Shown: positions 49,852-57,927, counted from the stretch's first letter. The stretch is 64,000 bases of DNA from a virus (IMGVR_UViG_3300006735_000023:15144-79143); one strand, 5' to 3'. Notes: generated from the sequence alone by a model not told the origin. Made by a program: numbers and translations.

Positions 49852-50652
49852 ATGAGTAGATTTATAAGTAATGACGAAGAGTCAATATCAAAATATTTTA
49901 AGGATGTACGTAAAGAAACATTATTAACAGCTGAAGAGGAAATAGAGTTATCTAAAATGATACAAGAAGGTAATCAAGCAGCCATGGATAAAATGGTGAA
50001 GTCAAATTTAAGATTTGTCATATCCGTAGCAAAACAGTATCAAAATAAAGGACTAAATTTAAGTGATCTAATTGCCGAAGGTAATCACGGTCTTATGAAG
50101 GCGGCTCAAAGGTTTGACCACACAAAAGGTTTTAGATTTATCTCTTACGCTGTATGGTGGATAAAACAAACAATAACTCAGTCTCTTAACGAAAATTCAC
50201 GTACTATAAGAGTACCGGTAAATGTTATAACAGAAAACCAAAAGTTATATAGGGAGTTACAGAAAGCTTCTTCTCATGATGAAGAGGAAAAGATAAGAGA
50301 AAATTCAAAAGCTAAAAGAATGCCAACCACTACTTCACTTTTTACAAAAATAGATGAAGAGGGTTCAGAATTAATTGATTTAATACCGGATGATAGTTGC
50401 CAACCACCAGATTTCTGTGCCGACGAAGAGGTACAACTAAAAAAAGAATTAAATCAAGTCCTATCGATACTTTCCGACAGGGAACAAGATATTGTAAGAA
50501 GGTATTTTGGACTAACTGGAGAAAGTCAAACCCTAGAAGCAATAGGGGAAGAATATTCATTAACAAAAGAAAGAATTAGACAAATAAAAGAAAAAGCAAT
50601 TCGTAAATTAAGAAATAATTCATTCTCTCTCTTTAGGTTCATGGAGGATTAA
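49852..50652 (+). CDS. rpoD: Phage-encoded RNA polymerase sigma70 factor, Bacteroidota RpoD/SigA-like
   Basis: NLRFVISVAKQYQNKGL, DLIAEGN.GL..AA.RFD.TKGFRFISYAVWWI, TLEAIG..LTKERIRQIKEKA; no region 1.1. Confidence 0.92.
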   Translation: MSRFISNDEESISKYFKDVRKETLLTAEEEIELSKMIQEGNQAAMDKMVKSNLRFVISVAKQYQNKGLNLSDLIAEGNHGLMKAAQRFDHTKGFRFISYAVWWIKQTITQSLNENSRTIRVPVNVITENQKLYRELQKASSHDEEEKIRENSKAKRMPTTTSLFTKIDEEGSELIDLIPDDSCQPPDFCADEEVQLKKELNQVLSILSDREQDIVRRYFGLTGESQTLEAIGEEYSLTKERIRQIKEKAIRKLRNNSFSLFRFMED

Positions 50653-50678
50653 GTATTTATATATAAAATAGATGCATT

Positions 50679-51884
50679 ATGGGTAAAAGATTTTTCCCTT
50701 TCTTAATTGGTTTAGCCGCACTTTTAGTATCTGGTTCTGCCGCATTTTATTCAGTATTTGGATTAAGTAAACTATTTGCTGGTGCTAGTATGCAGGTTAT
50801 AATAATGGCCGGATCCTTAGAATTTGCTAAATTAGTTTGTGCATCGTTACTCTACCAATATTGGGACACAATTAATAAATGGTTAAGGGCTTACCTATCA
50901 GTTGCTGTATTAGTTCTAATATTAATTACTAGTGGTGGTATATATGGATTCTTATCTGGGGCCTATCAGGAGACAGCGACCAAATCTGAATTCCTAGATA
51001 AGTCATTAGCGGTATTACAAACTAAACAAAATAGGTTTGAAGAAAATAAGACAGATTTAACTTTAGAGAAATCACAATTAAATACGACCATTTCTGATTT
51101 AAGGACATCACTTTCAAATCCAGCTCAAGTATCATACTATTCAGAAGATGCAGGACAAGTGATTACAACTACTTCAAGCTCTACTAGAAAGGCGTTACAA
51201 TTAGAATTGGATGCGACAATTGATGATAGAAATAATATAAATCTAAAGTTAGAGGCTGTACAAGATTCTATAATGAGACTTGATACAGAACTATTGGATC
51301 TTGAAATAGGTAATGAAGAACAAAGAGAACTTGGTCCATTAAAATATTTAGCAGAAACAACTGGTAAAGATATGGGACAGGTAGTTAATTGGTTCTTATT
51401 ATTAATTATATTTGTATTTGACCCATTAGCAATTGCAATGGTAATAGCAGCAAATTTTGCATTTGCTCAAATCAAACCTAAAGAAGAAAAAGAGGTCCCA
51501 TCGCCCCATTACTCACCCCAACCAATTATTCCTAGAGAAGTTATAATGGAAGAACTAAGCCAAACAGAAATATCCAGAGAGTTAGATAAAAATGATGAGA
51601 AACCCAAAGAAGAGTTATATACAGAAGAAGATGAAAAACGAATGGATGTAATTGGACAAAACGGAAATGATGGAATTCATTATGAAAAAATTGAAATGGT
51701 TGAGGAAAAAATAGAGACCAAACCTGGACATGTTATTAAACAGGAGTTAAAATTAGAGAAACAAAGAAAAGATTTAGAAGAAGTTAAACAGAGAGAACAA
51801 GAAAAATTAAATAAAAAGATAGTATCCCTAAGTACGGGTAAAAAAGTACTAACTTATAAGAGTAATAGAGATGGAAATAGATAA
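50679..51884 (+). CDS. Multi-pass membrane protein with long coiled coil
   Basis: Three N-terminal hydrophobic helices, coiled coil, further TM (WFLLLIIFVFDPLAIAM), charged tail. Confidence 0.7.
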   Translation: MGKRFFPFLIGLAALLVSGSAAFYSVFGLSKLFAGASMQVIIMAGSLEFAKLVCASLLYQYWDTINKWLRAYLSVAVLVLILITSGGIYGFLSGAYQETATKSEFLDKSLAVLQTKQNRFEENKTDLTLEKSQLNTTISDLRTSLSNPAQVSYYSEDAGQVITTTSSSTRKALQLELDATIDDRNNINLKLEAVQDSIMRLDTELLDLEIGNEEQRELGPLKYLAETTGKDMGQVVNWFLLLIIFVFDPLAIAMVIAANFAFAQIKPKEEKEVPSPHYSPQPIIPREVIMEELSQTEISRELDKNDEKPKEELYTEEDEKRMDVIGQNGNDGIHYEKIEMVEEKIETKPGHVIKQELKLEKQRKDLEEVKQREQEKLNKKIVSLSTGKKVLTYKSNRDGNR

Positions 51885-52491
51885 GAAAACTTTATCACTG
51901 AGTAATAAACATTATTACTCTAAAAAACAAAAAAAGAAAAAGATAATTTTATCTAATTCACTATCAGGAGACATGAAGTATTTCAAAGGATGGGAACTTA
52001 GAAGAAACGGTAACTATAAAAAGGTAACACACTATAGTATAGATAAAAAAGGAAAGGTATACCAACACTTTAATCCACAATATTTTTCCGAGTTTATGGG
52101 TTCAGAAGATTTAGATAAGGAAACTATAAGTATCAATATCGTAAACCAGGGATGGTTAAAAAAAGATTCAAACACAAATAAGTACAAAGACTGGGTTGGG
52201 AATATTTATAATGGAAAGGATGTTTATAAGAAAGAATGGAGAGGATATTTTTTCTGGGCTTCTTATACTGAAAAACAAATGAAAGCTGTTGCAGAACTAG
52301 TGGATTATTTATGTGAAAAACATAAGATTGAAAGAAATTCTTTATCACATAATGTAATGTTTGAAAATGCACCATCGTTCAATGGAGTACTCAGTAGAAG
52401 TAATTTTTCTAGAAAATATAAAGATGTCTCACCTTCATTTAATTTTGATACCATCGATAATAAATTATTAAAAGAGAAAATAGATGACTAA
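51871..52491 (+). CDS. N-acetylmuramoyl-L-alanine amidase (Amidase_2) homolog, probably catalytically degenerate
   Basis: THYSIDKKGKVYQ, ISINIVNQG, YTEKQMKAVAELV..LC..H.I, KDVSP; Zn-binding His and catalytic Glu appear replaced. Confidence 0.75.
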   Translation: MEIDKKTLSLSNKHYYSKKQKKKKIILSNSLSGDMKYFKGWELRRNGNYKKVTHYSIDKKGKVYQHFNPQYFSEFMGSEDLDKETISINIVNQGWLKKDSNTNKYKDWVGNIYNGKDVYKKEWRGYFFWASYTEKQMKAVAELVDYLCEKHKIERNSLSHNVMFENAPSFNGVLSRSNFSRKYKDVSPSFNFDTIDNKLLKEKIDD

Positions 52492-52996
52492 TTCATATGA
52501 TGAAATAAAAGAACTACTTAAAAAAAGTAGAACACGTACCCACCAAATCCTTAAAGAGGAAGAAGGTAGAGAACTAACTCCCCAAGAACAAAAAAAAGAA
52601 GAAGATGATTTTAGGAGAGCAGTTTCTGATAGAGTAAAATTTGGTAAAATTAGAATTTACGAAAGTGGGGGACTACCTAAAGTAGAGTGGATGGGTGAAT
52701 TAGTTAGAGAAAGAATGGAATGGGTTTATTCTTTAGATGATACTGTTGGTTGTTATATAAGTGGTGATCTTTTACAATTAAGAGATGAAACATTAAAAAC
52801 ACTTGAAAAACTTAGGGCTTACTATGATGGTTGGGCTAAGAAATGGTCGGAGGAAACATCAGCTGAATTTGAGGACATGGAGGAATATGACCAGGAGGAG
52901 GCCGATTTCGAAGATCCAGTTACAGAACCTGGAGATGATATTAATATGGACGATGAAGAATTTGATACGGACATAGAAGACGCACTAAATGTATAA
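52484..52996 (+). CDS. Acidic hypothetical protein
   Basis: 170-aa ORF, ILKEE motif, D/E-rich tail. Confidence 0.65.
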   Translation: MTNSYDEIKELLKKSRTRTHQILKEEEGRELTPQEQKKEEDDFRRAVSDRVKFGKIRIYESGGLPKVEWMGELVRERMEWVYSLDDTVGCYISGDLLQLRDETLKTLEKLRAYYDGWAKKWSEETSAEFEDMEEYDQEEADFEDPVTEPGDDINMDDEEFDTDIEDALNV

Positions 52997-52998
52997 TT

Positions 52999-53307
52999 AT
53001 GGAGTTTATTAAAAAGTTTTGGAAATTTATAGTTGCGGTAGTTGGATTTATCTTTGGTTTAATTTGGTTTATGAACGCTAACTCTAATAAGAAAGTTAGA
53101 AGGATTAAAAAAAATATAAAAACTAACGAAAAAAAGACTAAAGAAGTAGAAAAGAAAATACAACAAATAAAAGAAGAAAAGAAACTCACAAAAGAAAAAA
53201 TTGCAACTACTGATAAGGAGTTAAGTGAAATAAAGAAGAAAAAACCTGTAGTTAAAAAGAAAACAGCTTCACAAGCCACTTCATCTCTTAAAAATAGACT
53301 TAAATAA
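52999..53307 (+). CDS. Single-TM basic coiled-coil protein, i-spanin-like
   Basis: N-terminal TM (FIVAVVGFIFGLIWFM) followed by Lys-rich coiled coil. Confidence 0.55.
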   Translation: MEFIKKFWKFIVAVVGFIFGLIWFMNANSNKKVRRIKKNIKTNEKKTKEVEKKIQQIKEEKKLTKEKIATTDKELSEIKKKKPVVKKKTASQATSSLKNRLK

Positions 53308-53309
53308 TA

Positions 53310-53341
53310 TTTGGAGAATACATTTATTTTTTATATTTTTG
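53310..53341 (+). promoter_or_regulatory. Bacteroidota sigmaA-type promoter TTTG-N20-TATTTTTG
   Basis: TTTG 53310-53313 and TATTTTTG 53334-53341 upstream of 53378. Confidence 0.6.
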
Positions 53342-53377
53342 TATTACAAAATTAAATTAAAAATTAAAAATAATTAA

Positions 53378-54034
53378 ATGAAAAATATTCTAATAATTCT
53401 AGTTCTCATCTTTGGGATTAACACTAATCTCCATTCACAAACGAATCTTACTACAGCAATTGATTTTACCGTAACAGATTTTAACGGTAATACCATTAAT
53501 CTATTCTCAATTCTTGATAGTGGACAATGGGTACTTATTAATTTTGGTGCTTATTGGTGTGGACCTTGTATGACTTTAGCGCCAGATTTTGGACAGGCTT
53601 ATGAAGATTTTGGTTGTAATAATGGTGATATTTTTTTATTAGAGGTAGAGTATCAGGGAACAAATGCACAATGTCAGGATTTCCTAACCCAATACGGAGC
53701 AGGACATGACGTACCTTATGTATGTGGAGCAGAACAATTAACTCTCGATTGGGGAATTGCGGCCTTTCCATCTAACGTTCTAATTAATCCAGATGGTGAT
53801 ATTGTACTACAAGATATTTGGCCAATAGATTATACAATTATATCAAACACATTAAATTACTATGGAATAAATCCAGGTAACTGTAATACAACAACTTCGA
53901 TAGAAGAGGTGGAAGTACAAACAATCACTGATAATAGATTATATGATATGTTAGGTAGAGAGTGGCCTAACTATGAATCTTTACCGTATGGTTTTTATAT
54001 TAAAAACGGTAAAAAATTTATAAAAACTAAATAA
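53378..54034 (+). CDS. Secreted TlpA/thioredoxin-like oxidoreductase with T9SS C-terminal sorting-like domain
   Basis: Signal peptide ..NLHS|Q; DFTVTD.NG, INFGAYWCGPC, AFP (cis-Pro loop), LINPDG; tail SIEE..LYDMLGR..GFYIKNGKKFIK. Confidence 0.8.
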   Translation: MKNILIILVLIFGINTNLHSQTNLTTAIDFTVTDFNGNTINLFSILDSGQWVLINFGAYWCGPCMTLAPDFGQAYEDFGCNNGDIFLLEVEYQGTNAQCQDFLTQYGAGHDVPYVCGAEQLTLDWGIAAFPSNVLINPDGDIVLQDIWPIDYTIISNTLNYYGINPGNCNTTTSIEEVEVQTITDNRLYDMLGREWPNYESLPYGFYIKNGKKFIKTK

Positions 54035-54154
54035 ATGAAAAAAATAATTACATCTTCATTACTAATTTTAATTTTGTTAGCAAGTTGTGGTGTGACAAAA
54101 ACTACAGAAAAGTGTGACACTAAAGAAAAAAAAGAATGTTGTTCTAAAAAATAA
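54035..54154 (+). CDS. 39-aa Cys-rich lipoprotein (absent from ORF track)
   Basis: Hand translation MKKIITSSLLILILLASCGVTKTTEKCDTKEKKECCSKK; lipobox LAS|C; fills the gap between flanking genes. Confidence 0.75.
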   Translation: MKKIITSSLLILILLASCGVTKTTEKCDTKEKKECCSKK

Positions 54155-54158
54155 TTAA

Positions 54159-54563
54159 ATGAAAAAAATAAACTATTACGAATTTCTAATATGGACATTT
54201 GTTGTGTCCATTATGTTAACCATGGCGATACCAGCACAAGCCCAAAACCATATTTTTACCGATAAGGAAGTAGTAAAAATGGATTCACTATTCCAAGTGT
54301 ATGAGCAAACAGATAGTCTAAATAAAATAGAAATCAAATTACTCAATACTCAATTATTAAACTACAAAACATTACATAAACAAGACAGCTTACAAATAAT
54401 GTATTTGGAAGAAAATGTTAAATTATTAAATCAAAGAGTTAACCTTTACATAGACCTTACCAAGGAACTAGAACCTAAGTGGTATCAAAAACCAGCGGTA
54501 CACTTTTTTTTAGGCGCTGCCACTATAGTCACATCCTCATGGGTAGTTTCAAATATTAAGTAA
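54159..54563 (+). CDS. Signal-peptide, coiled-coil, C-terminally membrane-anchored protein (spanin-like)
   Basis: AQA|Q cleavage site, coiled coil, KWYQKP plus hydrophobic C-terminus. Confidence 0.55.
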   Translation: MKKINYYEFLIWTFVVSIMLTMAIPAQAQNHIFTDKEVVKMDSLFQVYEQTDSLNKIEIKLLNTQLLNYKTLHKQDSLQIMYLEENVKLLNQRVNLYIDLTKELEPKWYQKPAVHFFLGAATIVTSSWVVSNIK

Positions 54564-54605
54564 TTATCTTTATTTCCGTATATTTATATATAAATGAAAT
54601 AAATT

Positions 54606-54932
54606 ATGGATCCCATTAAAAAATCTATACGACAACAACTCATAGAGAGAAGAGTTAAAAAATCTCGTGCACCCGAAGTAGAGGATGTAGATATCGTTTA
54701 TGATCAACAAGATGAACAAACAACATTAATGATGCACGAAATAAATAATTTACATTCTAGAGTAGATTATTTATCTAGTCTTAATTCGGACCTTGTCGAT
54801 TTTTTACATAGTTTAGTGAAAAATTTAGACCATGAAAATGATTTAGATTTAGGGGAAGCTAGAAGAGACTTTACTGTACTTCTTAATAGATCAGGTAGAC
54901 GTAAATTCTACCAACAACAAAAAAGACTGTAA
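54606..54932 (+). CDS. Hypothetical protein, possibly head-internal
   Basis: Follows TATTTATA; IRQQLIE motif. Confidence 0.6.
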   Translation: MDPIKKSIRQQLIERRVKKSRAPEVEDVDIVYDQQDEQTTLMMHEINNLHSRVDYLSSLNSDLVDFLHSLVKNLDHENDLDLGEARRDFTVLLNRSGRRKFYQQQKRL

Positions 54933-54933
54933 T

Positions 54934-55461
54934 ATGAACTTAAGAGAAACAATAAGAAAAAAACTTGAAGAAGAAGAATGTGGTGTTGGAATGTACTGGT
55001 GTCCAATAGGAGGTAAGTGTGTTCCAGAAAAAAAGAATAAAAGAAAAAAAGAACAAACTACCGCAGCTTCATCAGGTGCTTATGTCACATCATTATCGGC
55101 AGAACCAATTAAAAGAAAAATTAAAGAACAAACCTTAAACCAAGGAATGAAAATAAAAGAGTCTGAACTTATTAGTTTAATTGAAAAATCTATTTATGCA
55201 GCTAAACATGGTCGTATAATTAAAGAAGCACTCACTGACGCGGATGAAAAAAGAATTGGAGTTTTAGCTAGAAAAGAATTAAAAGACTACGAATCCAAAT
55301 TAGAAAAGAAAATTGATAATATGATAGAAAAATCTTTTAAGGGAAAAAAGTTTGAGGACGCTACAGTAAAAATCGCAAGAAACGCCATTGTACAATTATA
55401 TAAAGCACTTTGGATTAGAAGAAGTTTCTGGACAAACTATATTAAAAATGTATCGTCATAA
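54934..55461 (+). CDS. Putative protease-processed head protein
   Basis: LRE, IKE motifs; MKIKESELISLIEK; EQTTAASSGAYV. Confidence 0.55.
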   Translation: MNLRETIRKKLEEEECGVGMYWCPIGGKCVPEKKNKRKKEQTTAASSGAYVTSLSAEPIKRKIKEQTLNQGMKIKESELISLIEKSIYAAKHGRIIKEALTDADEKRIGVLARKELKDYESKLEKKIDNMIEKSFKGKKFEDATVKIARNAIVQLYKALWIRRSFWTNYIKNVSS

Positions 55462-56822
55462 TGGAGGATGTTGTAAAACAAGATATGATAAACGCTTTTA
55501 GCGCTACATCAATTAATGAGGATTATCTTGTTGATGAACAAACAACTTCGGGAGATGCTGGACAATATGTACAACCACAAGTTTGGGCGAAAAATGAAAA
55601 AAATTGGAGAGCCTTTAGTAAAGATTTCCCAAAGTATGGAGGACCAGGGGCTAAGTATGTAAAAGTAAAAGATAAATGTAGAACTTTTCCGTATTGTAAT
55701 CAGGGAGATATAAACGCTCTAGATTTCTTTGAACCCGTTAAAAGAAAAAGAAAAAAGAAATCTAAGAAAGCAAAACTTACCCCACTTGGTAGAAGAAAGA
55801 GAAAAATTGCTAAAGATTTAGTAAGAACTCAAAAAATAAAAACACCAAGAGGTAAACATTATAACATTGGAAGAAGAATATCTGAAAGTAACAGATATTT
55901 ATATTATAATAATGAACTAACTCAACAGGAGGTTGATAAAGCAATATTAGAAAATACTATGAAAAATAAAATTAACAATCCGAAAACTCAGGGTAAAAAT
56001 CTTGAAGACAATATAAAAAAACAACTTAAGATAGTAAGTGAACAAAAAGCTTTTAAGGATCCTCAAGGGGGGTACAAAACTTTTCAAAAAATGCATGCGG
56101 AAAGTGGAGACCATAATGCAGAAGGTATTAAATTAGCGGCAGAAAAAATCAAAAAATTTATGAAAGATGATAGTGGAATGGATATTGCACCACCAATGTA
56201 CCGTAATACTACGACACAAGATGAATTTATAGAAGATGTTTATTATAGTTCAGGACAATCAGGTTTGAAGTATGACCAACCTTTATCAGATGAAACTAAA
56301 GAAAGACATGAGAAATACTTAAAAGGTTCACCAGAGACTGGTAATGCTGTTAAGGGAGGAGAACTGGATAGAGTCGGACCAGGAGGTGCGGTCTCTAATG
56401 TTATGACGAAAAATTCTGAAGGAGGAGCAAACACAGCTGGGGAGATGTTATCTAAAGCGGCCAAAAGAAGAGCAAAAAAAGAGGCAATGGGTATGAGAAT
56501 GGCTAACAATGATAGAAGATATACTCCTGACACGGTAACAACTAGTTCAAAACCAATAGTACAATTAGATGAACATATAATAGATACAGGGGAACAAATC
56601 TTAAAACTTATACCAGAGTCGTTAAAGAAGAATGGACAAAAATTTAAGGTTACTAATGGGAAACAAATTAAAGAGTGTATATATGAAAGTTTTATTAATT
56701 CTAATGGAGGACAAGTAATTATAATAAACTCAAAAAATCCTAACAAACTTACCGAACAAATGGTTAGAATGAAACAATTATTTAACTATGATATTAACAA
56801 GAAGCATGATAAGTTTAGATAA
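55461..56822 (+). CDS. Putative protease-processed head protein; possible nested start at 55959
   Basis: Multiple (I/L/V)xE motifs; EQTTSGDAGQYV; internal TATTTATA at 55896. Confidence 0.55.
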   Translation: MEDVVKQDMINAFSATSINEDYLVDEQTTSGDAGQYVQPQVWAKNEKNWRAFSKDFPKYGGPGAKYVKVKDKCRTFPYCNQGDINALDFFEPVKRKRKKKSKKAKLTPLGRRKRKIAKDLVRTQKIKTPRGKHYNIGRRISESNRYLYYNNELTQQEVDKAILENTMKNKINNPKTQGKNLEDNIKKQLKIVSEQKAFKDPQGGYKTFQKMHAESGDHNAEGIKLAAEKIKKFMKDDSGMDIAPPMYRNTTTQDEFIEDVYYSSGQSGLKYDQPLSDETKERHEKYLKGSPETGNAVKGGELDRVGPGGAVSNVMTKNSEGGANTAGEMLSKAAKRRAKKEAMGMRMANNDRRYTPDTVTTSSKPIVQLDEHIIDTGEQILKLIPESLKKNGQKFKVTNGKQIKECIYESFINSNGGQVIIINSKNPNKLTEQMVRMKQLFNYDINKKHDKFR

Positions 56823-56824
56823 AA

Positions 56825-57400
56825 ATGGGTCTAAGAAGAATAGTTTTAACCGAACAACAATTATCAAGGATAGTTAAATTAATCACTGAGGAATCATTAG
56901 ATTTCACTGATTTTACCCATAAAGGGTCTCCGAATCAAGGTCTAGGTAAAAAAAGTAAAGCACCAAATACAGGGGAAGCCACTTTTGCACCACTATTCAC
57001 TACAGATATAGGTTATGAAAAAACTATAACAAATAATATTGATTATCATTATCCAAAAGTATTCAAAGGACCAAACCCTTCAAAAATACCAAACACTAAC
57101 GATGAGGGTAGTAAGTTAAAAGTAAAAGACAATTTTATGACCCAAGGTACTCAATTAAAAACACATAAGGGTAAACAAAGTATTAAAGTTGGTAAGGAAT
57201 TTACTAAACAAATGAAAAAGGGTAAAATGAGAAAAAACGCATCAAAGAAATACCCTTCATTAAATCCAAAAAGACATTCTTCATCAGAAAAAACAACTAA
57301 TGTTGTTCATAAGAATAATATAACCAGAGGAGGGGTGGTATTTGACTCTAGCTTCAAACCCAATAAAGGGGCGGACCCATTCACAATTAAAACATCATAA
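56825..57400 (+). CDS. Basic protein with N-terminal RIVLTEQQLSRIVKLITEE leader; putative head-packaged protein
   Basis: Leader motif followed by Lys-rich body. Confidence 0.55.
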   Translation: MGLRRIVLTEQQLSRIVKLITEESLDFTDFTHKGSPNQGLGKKSKAPNTGEATFAPLFTTDIGYEKTITNNIDYHYPKVFKGPNPSKIPNTNDEGSKLKVKDNFMTQGTQLKTHKGKQSIKVGKEFTKQMKKGKMRKNASKKYPSLNPKRHSSSEKTTNVVHKNNITRGGVVFDSSFKPNKGADPFTIKTS

Positions 57401-57444
57401 TTTTTTCGTTTACTTAGGAGGTTCCAACATTATATTTATTTAAT

Positions 57445-57927
57445 ATGAGTGATAAAAGGGAACCAATGATAAATCCTAGAGATTTTTTTAAGTATGTTAG
57501 TACTCCTCTAAGTGATGAGCATGTAAAGCTAGCTTATAAAGCTTATGGGATCATACCAGAAAAAGTTGAACTTTACTATGATTTTGTTTTTTCTTTGTTT
57601 GATACGGTATTTCATACTTATTTAGGAGATGACCATATTAACACAGAAAAAAAAATAAAAGAACACTTTATGTGGTCCTGGGAAAAAAATATCGATAATT
57701 TCTATAAGGAAGGAATTGAAATAAACTCAACTAAAGAATTAGAAGACTACTTTCTTCAATTTACAATAGAATCATATTATAATGAACCTGAAAAAGAAAA
57801 AAAGAATACAGAAATTAAAATTAAATGGTTTTGGGGGAAATGTTTTAGTTTTGAAGGTACACGAACTAGGAGTGAATTAGACATTCTTTTAGAAGTATAC
57901 CAAATTTTTGAAAAAAGCTTGAAATAG
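57445..57927 (+). CDS. Hypothetical phage protein
   Basis: 160-aa ORF with upstream GTTTACT and TATTTAT motifs. Confidence 0.7.
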   Translation: MSDKREPMINPRDFFKYVSTPLSDEHVKLAYKAYGIIPEKVELYYDFVFSLFDTVFHTYLGDDHINTEKKIKEHFMWSWEKNIDNFYKEGIEINSTKELEDYFLQFTIESYYNEPEKEKKNTEIKIKWFWGKCFSFEGTRTRSELDILLEVYQIFEKSLK

